Below, piece after piece: positions 19,974-30,912 of a DNA stretch of 64,000 bases. Numbering within the stretch: the first letter of the stretch is position 1; every line of letters begins with the position of its first letter. A model generated the notes under the pieces. That model had not been told where the DNA came from. It saw nothing but the letters and a program-made list of their open reading frames with translations, and searched no databases. This stretch comes from an uncultured archaeon. Lineage in GTDB: Archaea; Thermoproteota; Bathyarchaeia; Bathyarchaeales; Bathycorpusculaceae. Location: NCBI GenBank assembly GCA_963782915.1, contig CAWALK010000015.1, forward strand, positions 160,001-224,000, in the 5' to 3' direction. The position numbers and the translations under genes were made by a program.

Positions 19974-20051
19974 TGGTGGGCCGTACCGGATTTGAACCGG
20001 TGATCTTCGCCGCGTGAGGGCGACGTCCTAGCCAAGCTAGACTAACGGCCC
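19974..20051 (-). tRNA. tRNA-Val(CAC)
   Basis: GGGCCGT acceptor stem, anticodon arm TCGCC-CTCACGC-GGCGA, T arm GGTTCAAATCC, encoded CCA, no intron. Confidence 0.95.
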
Positions 20052-20464
20052 AACTCTTTTAGATTCAAAATACATGTTACACTTTCATAAAGGCTTTCCC
20101 TATCATCCACATAAAGGATTAGGTATAGGTGAATTCGAATGCTTAACTATCGAAGTTTTGAAGAGTATAAGCATTGGTGAAATGCTGATTTTCGCATGTT
20201 TTTTTGATAGCGATAGCTGGGCTATATACTGGTCAATTATGCAGCTATTTTTGTTTTGAATTTTAATTATTTTTAGACGAACCAATACGAAGTATTACTA
20301 TCAGCGAGAAAATTTATGTTGACTTTCTCAATTATTTTCGGAAAGCTGACTTTTTTACCGAATAACATTTAAGTCACTTAATACGTTCGAATTCTGAGTA
20401 CTGCTGGAAGGGCTTGTCCTTTTGTTAGTCTGACATGTCTACATTGAAGTGAAAGGAAGAAAAG

Positions 20465-22365
20465 ATGAGACGCTCGCAACTTGTAACTATACTAGTCGTT
20501 ACAACAATAATAGTAGGGATACTGAGTGTTTATTCAGCGGATAACAGAGTTAGCGCTACAATTGTTAAACCCTCTGTTGATACAACAAGCAATAGTCACC
20601 AAATTAATTCAATCTCAACTACATATTCAGCCTCAATAACAATAACACCAAGCGCAATCAAGGAGATAATTTACGCTACAGTTTACAGCGCCAGCGGAAA
20701 AGATTACACGCTAAGCATATCTTCGCCTTCTTCTCCTTCTTTATCCTGGAACAATCGAGGCGATAAAAGTACTGATGATGGCGAAATGGCTGCTTGGTGG
20801 GCAGTTTCTTTATCCACTAAACCGATAACGATTACGTTTACTTCAGACAAAAAGACGAGCCTTGTAGTGTCAGCTTTTTGTGTAATAAACGCAGATACAA
20901 CAACACCATTTGAACAAGATACCTTTGGGTATAATTCAGGCAAATCGGCAGTTGCATCTGCATCAATCACAACCAACAACCCCCATTGTCTAGTTGTTGG
21001 GGCAGTAGCATTTAGCGGAGCTAGCACCGTTACTATCGGAGAGGGTTATACTGAAATTACTAACACTGGAACGTCACCCTCAGGTGCAAGTGAATACCTT
21101 ATTACTACAGCCAAAGAGGGAAATACTCTAACCTTTACGCCAAGGATATGAGTTGGGTAGAGATAGTTGACGCTTTTGTACCTGCTTCAAAATCGATAAC
21201 AATATCATCGAATCCCCGAACAGGCGCTGGATTCATAACCGTTAATGGAATCACACAAACTACGCCTTATACGGCAAGTTATACCCCGGAACAGTTCTTG
21301 CACTATCAGCCATTAGCCCAGTATCAGGAGGTACCGGAATACGGCATGTTTTTTCAAGTTGGAGCGATGGTCTTGGCCAAACACATGACTATATTGTTCA
21401 AAGTGCATCTGAAACTATCACTGCAAACTACCAAACACAGTACCAGATCAACTTTTGCTCAAACGGGGTTAGATAGCACAGTAGCCAGCACTACTTTAAC
21501 AGGCGAAATTTTGAATGTTAATGGGACATCTATTCATTATGCAGGTTTACCATATTCTATTTGGGTAAACAGCGGAGACCGCTTAGTTTACACTTACAAC
21601 GCTACCTGCGCAAGCACTGCTACCGGGAAACAATTTAGTCTCAGTACAGTGTCGGCAACATCCCCTTTAACGGATATATCAAGTTCACAGACCGTTACTG
21701 CAACTTACCAAACACAGTACCAAGTAACATTTGCATCTAACCCATCTGGTAGCGGTTCTATTGACCAAGCTAACGGTTATTACACCACAGGTTCATTAAC
21801 AGCCATAACTGCAACTGCAAACGGCGACTATATTTTTAGTCACTGGAGCAATACGGGAAGCATCTCTTTTACAGATACAACCACTGCCACAACAACTATG
21901 ACAGTCAACGGTATCGGAACGGTTACAGCACACTTCACACAAAAAGCCACAACATCCCTAACCATAGCATCCAACTTAGAGACCGTTGACAAAGGCAACC
22001 CAATAACAATATCAGGCACCCTAACCAGTGAAGGAACAACGCTTTCAGGAAAAACAATAGTAATCAGCTACTATAACGGTACACATTTGCTCGAAGTAGG
22101 CACCACATTAACTCAGGCAGATGGAACCTACCACTATGTATGGACGGTACCTGCATCCTTGCCTAATGGTCAATACATAGTCAAGGCAGATTTTGCGGGG
22201 GACAGCCAATTTTTAGATTGCAGTTCGGCAGATTCAGGTGGTAATCTATCAGTCAATGTATTGCCCGAGTATGCTTTCGGCGGATTAACAGCGATGATAA
22301 TCTGCTTGGCCGCTATGATGCTTTTCTTTAAACGGAACAAAGCGCCTAAATCCATTGTGAAATAG
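20465..22365 (+). CDS. secreted Thr/Ser-rich Ig-like surface protein with PEF-CTERM-like tail, frameshifted
   Basis: Signal peptide, beta-rich repeats, C-terminus VLPEY-hydrophobic helix-KRNK. Split into ORFs 20465-21151 and 21148-22365. Confidence 0.7.
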
Positions 22366-22499
22366 TGTCTGTATTGTCGATTTACCAGCTTAGCTCTGAT
22401 TTCAGGGTATGTCAATTACATTTGTACGAAAACGTAAATAAGTAGCCGTGTCACAAACTTAATAGCCTCTCAAATATTTGATGGGCACACCAGGTATGT

Positions 22500-22576
22500 G
22501 CCGAGGTAGCTCAGCCTGGGAGAGCGCTCGGCTGAAGACCGAGTCGTCGCATGTTCAAACCCTGCCCTCGGCACCA
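22500..22576 (+). tRNA. tRNA-Phe(GAA)
   Basis: GCCGAGG acceptor stem, anticodon arm CTCGG-CTGAAGA-CCGAG, encoded CCA, one T-stem mismatch. Confidence 0.92.
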
Positions 22577-22720
22577 TCAACTTAACTTGGAATAAACCTG
22601 AGATAGGTTTACCTTCTTTTGGTTATTTAAAGAATTTGAAACCGCCTAATTGGGATCTCTTTTCGCCAATATCTGAGGTACTAGCAAATCAGTAACTTGA
22701 GGAGTTCAATTGATTTTGGC

Positions 22721-24991
22721 TTATTTCCTAATGGGTAATGTGACCATGAATTTTGTTCCTTTGTCTACTTGGCTCTCAAAGGTGATTGTGCCACCTTGAG
22801 CTTCTATGACTCGTTTGCAGACTGCTAAGCCGAACCCTTGACCTTTTGATTTGGTTGTGAATAGGGGTGTGAATATTTTTGACTTGATCTCTTCGGGAAT
22901 CCCTGTGCCAGTATCTTCTACGGAAATTTGAATTTTATCTTCATTGTTCTTCTCTGCTTTTACTGCTAACTGGCCACCTTCTGGCATAGCCTGCACAGCA
23001 TTCGTTACCAAGTTAACTAAAACTCTCTTCAGAAGCAATGGATCTGTATATGCGGTTAAGCGTTCCTGAATCAGGATGTTAACTTGAATGTTGCTTGGGA
23101 TGGCTCCCTGTGCTAAAACTGACGTGATGAGAGGGTTTAAACTGACGAATTGCTTTTGTGCTTCGACAGGCCTAACAAAAGTCTGTAAATCCAAAACTAT
23201 TTTGTCCATATAGCTAATTTGCTCTTCAATAGTTCGAACACTTTCTTGAAGGCAACTCTTATTTTCGCCTTCAGGCATTGATTCGAGTTCATTTTTAGCT
23301 AAATAGACTTCGCCAGAGATTGTCTGCAATGGATTACGCAAGTCATGCCCCACCATGCCTGCTGTTTGACCAATGTATGCCAAGCGCTCTTGACTCTTTA
23401 GCTGTTCTTGTAACACTTTCTGTTCCGTGATGTCCTCATGCAGTATAGCAATGTTAGTTACGTGACCAGATTCATCCCTTATTGGATAGATGACTGTACT
23501 TAACCATCTTTTTCTGCCCAACCCCTTGGTTGAGGGGTCCAACGCTGCGTCATACTCAAGGTCAGGAACCTTAACTATCTCCCCTGCGTATGCTCTTTTG
23601 ATAAATGGAACCCACCCGTTTTTGATAACTTGTTCACTTTGCAGAATGTTGTACTTGCCAAGAGTGAATTCCCTTGGAACCCCCCAGAGTTTATCCCAAG
23701 CAGGGTTAACTTGAACCTGAAAACCGCTCTTATCGTAGAGTTCAAAAACAACTGGAGACTGGTCGATTATTTTCTGCAATTTTTCTTCGGTTCGTCTTAA
23801 TGCTTCTTCCGCTTTCTTGCGTTCAGTAATATCAATTACTAATCCTCTTAGACCAGTGGGATGACCTTCATTAACAATAGGGTTGGCGACAATTATTGCT
23901 GGGAAAGTGCTGCCATCTTTTCTCATAACTGTAAATTCGTTGTAAGGAGTAGGTTGATTATTGAGGGTTTTCTTAAAATCATCAATTACTTTTTCTTTGT
24001 CTTGTGGAGCAATTAAATTAAAGACATCAAAGCCCTTGTCGAATTCCTCTTTTGAGTAACCTGTGATTTCAAAGCCACTGGCATTTGCGAAAAGTAGGTT
24101 GCCGTTAGCGTCAGTTTCAAACACAATTTCAGGTAAAGAATCAGCAAGACTCCTGAATCTCTCCTTTTCTATTTTTAAGGTTTCTTCAGTTTTCTTGCGT
24201 TCAGTTATGTCTCTGAAGAGTATGCCAACTTGACCTTTAGAGTAGAGGAAGTAGCTTGCATCATACCATCTTTCCGTATGCCTGTTATAGTTTTCATAAC
24301 GCATTGACTTACCTGATTTGGCAACCATACCAACAAGTGAAATCCACTCAGGCGCCAGATTTTGCTCAATCTCTTTTGCCCTCTTACCTTCAACAACGGT
24401 TTTCTTTATTCCAGTTTGGCGTTCATATGCAAGATTAACGTTCAAAAATCTAAAATCAATCGCTTTGCCAGTTTCGTCATATACGGGTTCTGCCAAAAGG
24501 AAACCGTCATCGCTATTGTCAAAAAAAGTATGATAAAATTGTTCGCTTTGTTTGAGCCTGTCCTCGGTTTTTTTACGTTCAGAGATGTCTCGAACGACGC
24601 CAAGAAAACTTGTTGGTTTTCCGTTCTTATCGTATAGCGCAGTTACTGAGATTTCGGCGTAAAAAGTAGAGTTATCCTTCCTTAGAACGCCAACTTGGTT
24701 CAGTACTTTTCCCGTTTGAAGTACCTTAAGGGCTCCTTCCATTGCCCGCTGTCTATCTTCTGGAACTACGATGTCGTAAACGTTTTTTCCTATCAACTCT
24801 TCTCTAGTTAAACCTAACTGCTTATATGAAGCCTTGTTACAGTCCAAAATTTTTCCTTCTAGCCCTACTATCGTTACACCGTCTTCTATGGCGTCGATAA
24901 TATTCTGATGCTTTTCTTGGTCGTATTTCAAAGCATCTTGGATTTCATTACAATTCACAAAATAAGACCTATTTTGTTGCGTATCAGGCAC
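22721..24991 (-). CDS. cytoplasmic multi-PAS sensor histidine kinase
   Basis: About 4 PAS/PAC repeats (RDITERKK), H-box GHDLRNPL, N/G boxes NAVQA, DTGTG, GFGL. Confidence 0.93.
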   Translation of the reverse strand: MPDTQQNRSYFVNCNEIQDALKYDQEKHQNIIDAIEDGVTIVGLEGKILDCNKASYKQLGLTREELIGKNVYDIVVPEDRQRAMEGALKVLQTGKVLNQVGVLRKDNSTFYAEISVTALYDKNGKPTSFLGVVRDISERKKTEDRLKQSEQFYHTFFDNSDDGFLLAEPVYDETGKAIDFRFLNVNLAYERQTGIKKTVVEGKRAKEIEQNLAPEWISLVGMVAKSGKSMRYENYNRHTERWYDASYFLYSKGQVGILFRDITERKKTEETLKIEKERFRSLADSLPEIVFETDANGNLLFANASGFEITGYSKEEFDKGFDVFNLIAPQDKEKVIDDFKKTLNNQPTPYNEFTVMRKDGSTFPAIIVANPIVNEGHPTGLRGLVIDITERKKAEEALRRTEEKLQKIIDQSPVVFELYDKSGFQVQVNPAWDKLWGVPREFTLGKYNILQSEQVIKNGWVPFIKRAYAGEIVKVPDLEYDAALDPSTKGLGRKRWLSTVIYPIRDESGHVTNIAILHEDITEQKVLQEQLKSQERLAYIGQTAGMVGHDLRNPLQTISGEVYLAKNELESMPEGENKSCLQESVRTIEEQISYMDKIVLDLQTFVRPVEAQKQFVSLNPLITSVLAQGAIPSNIQVNILIQERLTAYTDPLLLKRVLVNLVTNAVQAMPEGGQLAVKAEKNNEDKIQISVEDTGTGIPEEIKSKIFTPLFTTKSKGQGFGLAVCKRVIEAQGGTITFESQVDKGTKFMVTLPIRK

Positions 24992-25370
24992 TCTAAAAAA
25001 TATGTAAGTTAATAATTAATAAACTATTGCACGTAAGGCGCGAATGGTTGGTTGCTTAGCTATTTTGCTCCTTAAGACAGTCAGATAATAGGCAGAATTG
25101 TTCATGTTTTAAGATATGGTAAACCAAGTGTTTGTTTCTATATGTAAGTCCTTAGTGATGAAACCTATAGGTAGAATATTTTTTTTAGTAAGAGACCTCT
25201 TGCCAAGCCACTTATTAGAAAAAAAGCCTAACACGACCAAACCAACCAATAGTTTCGTTCGAAAACAACTGCAAACAAAACCGCCATAGAATCCAACAAA
25301 CCCTTAACCTCCCAATCAGAAAGACTGCGCCCATACAATTCCAGAGCAACCAGCTATGCAGTTGTTTAGC

Positions 25371-25394
25371 CTATAAATAAGGGAGGGGGTAGGT
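25371..25394 (+). repeat. TATA+G-tract motif M2
   Basis: CTATAAATAAGGGAGGGGGTAGGT. Confidence 0.65.
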
Positions 25395-25626
25395 GCTGAG
25401 AGCAAAAGACCACCTTTGGTTTGCTTTGGTTATTTACTTAACCATTGGTTGTTGTTGTGTATAGAAGGTTTTCGCCAACAACACACTGATAAAGAACCCA
25501 AAATTTTGAGCCATTGGAAAGGGCGCGGTGGTTGGCGGACGATTATTCGCGAATGGGCTATGATAGTGGCCGATTTCATTGTGCTTTTTAGTGATTGCAA
25601 ATGCTTTCACGGCAGAATAGCAGCCA

Positions 25627-25804
25627 ATACATGCTTTCACATCCACGCGGCGGCGGCTTCGTGCATAGAGCCATGCAGGGCATGTGGAGAAAAACAGATT
25701 ATCCCACACCGAAACAGACGCAGAAAAGCAATGCAGCCGCCAAACGCAACGCAATCCTCAAACAGTCTTGTGGAAAATTAAAAACCGCCACACCCACATA
25801 AAGA
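25627..25804 (+). repeat. dispersed ~180-bp non-coding element B, copy 1
   Basis: Colinear with the reverse complement of 46752-46927, including an identical 39-bp block. Confidence 0.88.
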
Positions 25805-25907
25805 CAAAAAAATATTTCAACCATCAAAGAAGCTGACAAGCTGAAAATTTAAAACCAATCGCTTTATTACCCAAAAGCTGCTTTGGCTAAAGACGCGAGG
25901 CTTCACA

Positions 25908-26459
25908 ATGGAATTAGACGTTTGCATTAAAGGCAGAAGAAGCGTTAGAGCTTACACAGAAGAACCAGTTTCCAAAGAGCAAATGGAAGCTGTTTTGGAA
26001 GCGGGTACTTGGGCACCTACTGGTATGGACCGCCAACCATGGCGATTCATCATAATCGAAGACAAGAACCTAATCAAACTGGTTTCCGACGAAACCAAAA
26101 CCTTAGTTAAACAAGCCATGCCGCCCATTGCGGAGAGGTTTTCCACTGACGCAGACATAATCTGCTACAACGCACCCACGCTAGTACTGGTCTGTACCGA
26201 AAAAGACCCTCAATGGACAAACGTGAATCTCCTTGACAGCGTTTTAGCAGCGCAGAACATGTTCCTCAAAGCCTATGAATTGGGGCTTGGAACCTGCTAT
26301 ATGGGTTTTGTACAGCTACTAAACAATAAACCCGATGTGTTGCGCAAACTCGGTGTTCCCGAAAACTGCGAAATGACCGTGCCCTTCATAATTGGTCACC
26401 CTAAAACTAAACAGGGCAATGGAAAAAGGCAAAAACCCAACATTCTAAAATGGGTATAA
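25908..26459 (+). CDS. nitroreductase family protein
   Basis: RRSVRAY, APTGMDRQPW and QNMFLKAYELGLGTC motifs. Confidence 0.92.
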   Translation: MELDVCIKGRRSVRAYTEEPVSKEQMEAVLEAGTWAPTGMDRQPWRFIIIEDKNLIKLVSDETKTLVKQAMPPIAERFSTDADIICYNAPTLVLVCTEKDPQWTNVNLLDSVLAAQNMFLKAYELGLGTCYMGFVQLLNNKPDVLRKLGVPENCEMTVPFIIGHPKTKQGNGKRQKPNILKWV

Positions 26460-26460
26460 G

Positions 26461-27072
26461 CTAAACTAATTGGCTTTTGCCACCACTTATTTTCTTTCCT
26501 TTAGGCATAACAATCCCCAATTGAGGGTCGCCGTAAATGATCGCGTTTCCTTCCAAAAACAGTTTGCCAACATAAGCAATCGTAACAGCATCCAATTCAT
26601 GGTCACTCATACCTGCATGTAACCCTTCTATGCCAAGTTTTTCCAAACCAGCCCTCATTTTTTCGAGTCCCTGCTGTTTTCTTGGAATCCCCCAAACATC
26701 CTGAGCGCCGCCAGGGTAAGCCTCCAAAACCCTAAAACCCATTCCCTCGAAAATTTCTCTCAATTTTATGCCACGCACGGTTAATTTCCGCATAGGCCCC
26801 AAAGTGATTGGGAAAAGTTTGATACCCATCTTTAGAAGCACCCGATCGCTTTCCCTTAAATGGTTGCCTGTTCGTTCCTCGATGGATTTTCTTCCAGGCG
26901 GCAAGCTTAAGGGTGCATCTATAGCGATTACTTGGGGATGGGCATCGACTGTTTTTTGTATGATTTCTTTGTCTGTAAATAGGTCGCTTGTTTCTGCTTT
27001 CATGTCGGTGAGTATGCAGAATCCTGTGGGTCTTGTTTCGACTCCTGCCAAATCTAACCCAACAATCGACAT
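26461..27072 (-). CDS. DUF429 family protein (predicted RNase H-fold)
   Basis: GLDLAG, IAIDAPL, EAYP and HELDA motifs. Confidence 0.8.
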   Translation of the reverse strand: MSIVGLDLAGVETRPTGFCILTDMKAETSDLFTDKEIIQKTVDAHPQVIAIDAPLSLPPGRKSIEERTGNHLRESDRVLLKMGIKLFPITLGPMRKLTVRGIKLREIFEGMGFRVLEAYPGGAQDVWGIPRKQQGLEKMRAGLEKLGIEGLHAGMSDHELDAVTIAYVGKLFLEGNAIIYGDPQLGIVMPKGKKISGGKSQLV

Positions 27073-27283
27073 CTATAACCCTCGTAACATAGGCGGATGG
27101 GATAGTAATTCTTAACCATTGCCCACCGCAAACATCCATCAAACGCTCGCTTGCTAACATAAAAAACCCTGTTTTATTCATTAATTTACCATAAAAAAGC
27201 GCCATTTTAGCCTTAATAGAAGCAAGCTATCGAAAGTGTTTTAAATACATACATACGATAACGTTGACCAAGAGGAAATGTCC

Positions 27284-27448
27284 ATGGCAAAATGCCCCAC
27301 TTGTGGAAAAGAAGTTAAAACAGCAAAGAAAACATGGAAGATGGCTGGAAAACCAGACAAAAAAGGAAAACGTACCCAATTAACCATCGCACTCTATGAC
27401 TGTTGCGGCAAAACGTTCCGCGAAGTTCTAGACAAGAAAAAAATCTAA
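27284..27448 (+). CDS. Cren7-like zinc-ribbon chromatin protein (54 aa, below the ORF-track cutoff)
   Basis: MAKCPTCGKEVKTAKKTWKMAGKPDKKGKRTQLTIALYDCCGKTFREVLDKKKI. TATA TTTTAAATA upstream, T-rich terminator downstream. Confidence 0.8.
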   Translation: MAKCPTCGKEVKTAKKTWKMAGKPDKKGKRTQLTIALYDCCGKTFREVLDKKKI

Positions 27449-27585
27449 ACGAGAAACTTCCATATTTTCTTTTTTCTCTTATTTTCCAAAGACTTCCATT
27501 TCTGAATGTTGTGGTTGTGCCTCTGCTACCAACAAACGTTTAATTGCTTAGTTAACAGCCAAGTCCTTGGGGAAGGAAGTATTTT

Positions 27586-27912
27586 TTGCCATTTAACAGA
27601 AAACGGGACCGTATACAAATTATAGCTGAAATATTAGGCCTCTGCAGAAGCCCTCAAACTCAAACCTACATTCGCCGCCAAACCAGCATATCATATGCTG
27701 TGCTTCAAAGTTGCATCATGCAGTTGCTTATGCGGCAATGGCTTTTGCAAGTGGACGTAGAGTGTGGACAAAAAAAGTTGGCGATCACGGATAAAGGGGT
27801 AGCTTTTTTGGATAAATGGCTGGAACTGCAGAAACTCGCTGGGTTAAAGAGTAAGCGAATGCAAATTGTGCCGCCATCTGAATTTCAAGCAGTTAAGGTA
27901 TCTTGCCGCTAA
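27586..27912 (+). CDS. archaeal winged-helix DNA-binding protein
   Basis: RKRDRIQIIAEIL...ITDKG pattern. Confidence 0.75.
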   Translation: MPFNRKRDRIQIIAEILGLCRSPQTQTYIRRQTSISYAVLQSCIMQLLMRQWLLQVDVECGQKKLAITDKGVAFLDKWLELQKLAGLKSKRMQIVPPSEFQAVKVSCR

Positions 27913-27935
27913 TCAAAGTGCAAAGGGTAATTTTC

Positions 27936-28574
27936 TCATTCTAAAATGGCTTCTAAGCGTTCAGGAAACAAACCGTTAACCACAATGCAATCTATTGGCC
28001 ACTGACCAAGGAGTTTAGGTAATGCTTTATCGACACTTGTTCGTTGCTTCAGTGCTAAAAGCGCAGTTGGACCGATTTTTTTGATTAATTCCGCATTTTT
28101 CGCTGTCTTTGGGTCAGCTGTGAATATGCCATCAACATCTGTACACAACAAAACCTTGCTTGCATTTAGCCGATGCGCTATGTAGAGGGCGATAGAGTCA
28201 GAGGTTACATCCCACGAATTCTCCAGCGGATCCTCAAGAAACATCATGTTTGAGGGCAAAAAAATCGGCAAATTACCCGTATCCAAAGCGTCTTTTGCAT
28301 CCTTGAACGTTCTAACCTCTACCGAGTTAGAAACTAAATCTGCAAGAAGCATGCCAAATTGGTCCATTCCCAAAATTGCCATCCGATGAGATGCCTTACA
28401 GGACAGGTTAAAGCGTTTATCAGCAGTTCTGACAACATCTGCGAATTCGCCGCCCCCAGGAACAATTACCAGCGGATGCTTCTTTGAGAGCCCAGATAAT
28501 ATTTTCATTAAAACAGATAGTTTTTCGGGATTACTTGCTAAGCTGCCGCCGACTTTTACCACCGTTATTTCCAT
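27936..28574 (-). CDS. mfnE: amino-acid-kinase-family protein, F1-phosphate kinase of methanofuran synthesis
   Basis: VVKVGGSL, VPGGGEFAD, SWDVTSDS and TDVDG motifs. Last gene of the mfn cluster. Confidence 0.78.
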   Translation of the reverse strand: MEITVVKVGGSLASNPEKLSVLMKILSGLSKKHPLVIVPGGGEFADVVRTADKRFNLSCKASHRMAILGMDQFGMLLADLVSNSVEVRTFKDAKDALDTGNLPIFLPSNMMFLEDPLENSWDVTSDSIALYIAHRLNASKVLLCTDVDGIFTADPKTAKNAELIKKIGPTALLALKQRTSVDKALPKLLGQWPIDCIVVNGLFPERLEAILE

Positions 28575-29636
28575 AGGATTGTTTCTCCGCATTGTTTGGT
28601 TGCAGCCATGAATGCTACACCGACTGCTGGCGTTGCCAAAACTGCTTCTTTAGGCAGCAAAGCATCCAAATCGATTATTTCGCCAATCGCCTATTGATTC
28701 AGCGGCTTTTTTTGCTAGAAAATCTTTGCCAAGACCCAGTGACAACAAGTGGAACTTTCAGTGTGGGTTACCGTTTTTGTGTCGTGTATACACCTTTGTT
28801 AGACTTCAGCGATTTGCTTGATTTGCTGTTGGTAAACATAATCCGCCAAATCAAAAATTTCTTGTTTAGTCAACATATCCGTGTCTGCACATACCACTCT
28901 GGATAGACGAGCCATGGCTTCCTGCACGGTTTTTCCTCGTCCATCAGCAGTTTCAGACGTAAAATCTTCAACGGCAAGGTGACCTAATAACAAGTGAATG
29001 TCGCCTGAAGTAGCAAAAAGCTCAGAAGACACAGCTGCAACACCATCTCGTATGGGAATCGAATGAACAATTGCCGCTATATTGGTTCGCAAGCTGCCCG
29101 TGTAGACGAGTTCTCCGCAGATTAGTTTGTCAAGGTCAGTTTTTCCCTTCGCAACAACCTTGCCATTAACGATTGGAATTATGCTTGTACTTGTACTGCC
29201 AACATCCACTACCACGGCATTTTGGATATGTTTGGCTACTATCCAGCCTGTGGCTGCCCAATTAGCCGAAGCAACAGTAATTGGCTTCTCCAGGGCAACC
29301 TGAGACGAAATCATCTCGCCATCAGAGTTTAAAACGAACATGGGCACCTTTGGAAAAGCAGTTTGAACACAAGATAAAATTTGGTTAACGCCTTCCCGTT
29401 TAGTTTGATATGCATCTGACAATTCAGCAGTCATAGTTACGACCCAAAACATCCAACGAAGCAGCACCCAACCGAGCTTTAAGCGCTAAAAGCACAGAGC
29501 CAAGCTTTTGGGGGTCTTTCCAAACAGGAAAATATTCAGAAGCAACCCTCAAACAAACCGCTCTATTGCCCTCTATATGCAGAAATGCAGCTTTGGTATT
29601 GGCGCCGCCAATATCGAAGCCTAACACGTCAACCAA
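28565..29636 (-). CDS. mfnF: hydantoinase-A-family protein MfnF, several frameshifts
   Basis: GFDIGGANTK, VTMTAELSD, SANW, DVGSTST, ELVYTG and TADGRGK motifs. The C-terminal part (VVTGLG...PAVGVA) continues to TAA at 28565. Confidence 0.82.
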
Positions 29637-29646
29637 ACAGGTTTCC

Positions 29647-30900
29647 TCAACCCATAATGCTGCATACGGTCTTTTTAGCTTCTTCTAAACGCACCGAGGC
29701 ATCTTGCATGTTCTTGCCTTGTCCCATGATTAAAGCGTAAGTATTGGCTTCGTCTAATGGGAAAGGCGGCGAAATAACCTCAGTTGATTTTGCGGCTTGT
29801 TGGAATGCTTCGAGGTTTGGTTTGGGGGTTTGGATTTTTGCGAAGCAAGCAACATTGTTTATCGGGTTTTGGGCAGGTAATTTGTCTTCAACTACAGCCT
29901 CAATTACTGCTTGACCAACATTAAAGCCAGCAACCGCACGTAAACCAACATACGAAGTAGTTAACCTTGGATTCACGTCTACTACATAGGGTTTGTCTTC
30001 GCCTAAAACAACGTCAACACCAACGTAGCCTCGTAAACCGAGTGATTCAACTACTTTCTCTGTTAACGTAAACGCTTGCTGCTTAAGAGGATGTTCAAGT
30101 GGAACGCAGCCGCTGTCGTAATGTGATTCAGCGCCTATTTGAGCCAATGTGACTTGTTGTTTGTTTAGGCTAATGGCTACTGCTTTTTTGCCGTTTGCGA
30201 TAAGGCTAACGCTTGTAGATTCCCCTTTTACGAATTCTTGTGCGACGTAGACTTTTTGTGGGGATTCTGTTTTTGTTTTAGTGAGGGCTTTTTCGAGTTC
30301 ATATTCGCTTTTTAATAGGTATATTCCATCGCAGCTTGTGCCATCTGTGGGTTTGATGAGAATTGGATACGCCAACTCGGTTCTAAGTTCGGCTTTTACG
30401 GTTGTTAGGTCGTCGTCTATGTTAAAGGTGATAGTTTTTGGGGTTGAGAAACCGTTTTTCCTCAGATGTTCGTCCAGCGTAGCTTTGTCTGACGCCTTAG
30501 CAATGGAGTCAAATTTACTGTTGAGGACTATTTTGCCAGTTGCTTGGGCGCGTTCAACGAGTTTTTGTAGGGTTTGCCCTGTTTCAGGTGCAATAATGTA
30601 GATTGCATCGTTTATGGATGCTATATTGGATATGAACCGTTGGGGTTCGTTAGCGTACAAAATTGGTACGGTGCAATCAGCTTCTAATGGTGGATTCAAT
30701 TTGGAAATCCGATCATCCAAAAGAACCGTAACTTCATGCCCAGCAGCTTTGAAATCTGCGGCAACACCGCGCAGCATCGCATAACCTTCCGCTAAAACAC
30801 TCGACGGAATAGGTTGCCCTGCATAGCCGCCGCCTGAAACATGCTCGTAAACTATAATCCTCAAATTCTTCCCCTTAACCCGATGAGTTAATTCAGTCAT
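29647..30900 (-). CDS. mfnD: ATP-grasp tyramine-L-glutamate ligase
   Basis: EGYAML, IIAPE, IKPTDG, GYVGVD and DVNPRLTTS motifs, plus cluster context. Confidence 0.8.
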   Translation of the reverse strand: MTELTHRVKGKNLRIIVYEHVSGGGYAGQPIPSSVLAEGYAMLRGVAADFKAAGHEVTVLLDDRISKLNPPLEADCTVPILYANEPQRFISNIASINDAIYIIAPETGQTLQKLVERAQATGKIVLNSKFDSIAKASDKATLDEHLRKNGFSTPKTITFNIDDDLTTVKAELRTELAYPILIKPTDGTSCDGIYLLKSEYELEKALTKTKTESPQKVYVAQEFVKGESTSVSLIANGKKAVAISLNKQQVTLAQIGAESHYDSGCVPLEHPLKQQAFTLTEKVVESLGLRGYVGVDVVLGEDKPYVVDVNPRLTTSYVGLRAVAGFNVGQAVIEAVVEDKLPAQNPINNVACFAKIQTPKPNLEAFQQAAKSTEVISPPFPLDEANTYALIMGQGKNMQDASVRLEEAKKTVCSIMG

Positions 30901-30912
30901 ATCATACGTAGT

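Noticed and set aside
19974-22576. Integrated element bounded by the two tRNAs
   Set aside because: The tRNAs point away from the enclosed DNA, and no integrase or duplicated tRNA 3' end was found.
25683-25777. DnaA-box-like 9-mers (TGTGGAGAA, TTATCCCACA, TGTGGAAAA) as a bacterial oriC
   Set aside because: The window is archaeal and archaea do not use DnaA. The pentamer array is reported under element B without that label.
25416-25801. ORFs overlapping element B (also 46791-47126) sharing the peptide VDV(K/E)ACI
   Set aside because: The similarity comes from the DNA repeat. The alignment has indels that break the frame and ORF boundaries differ between copies.
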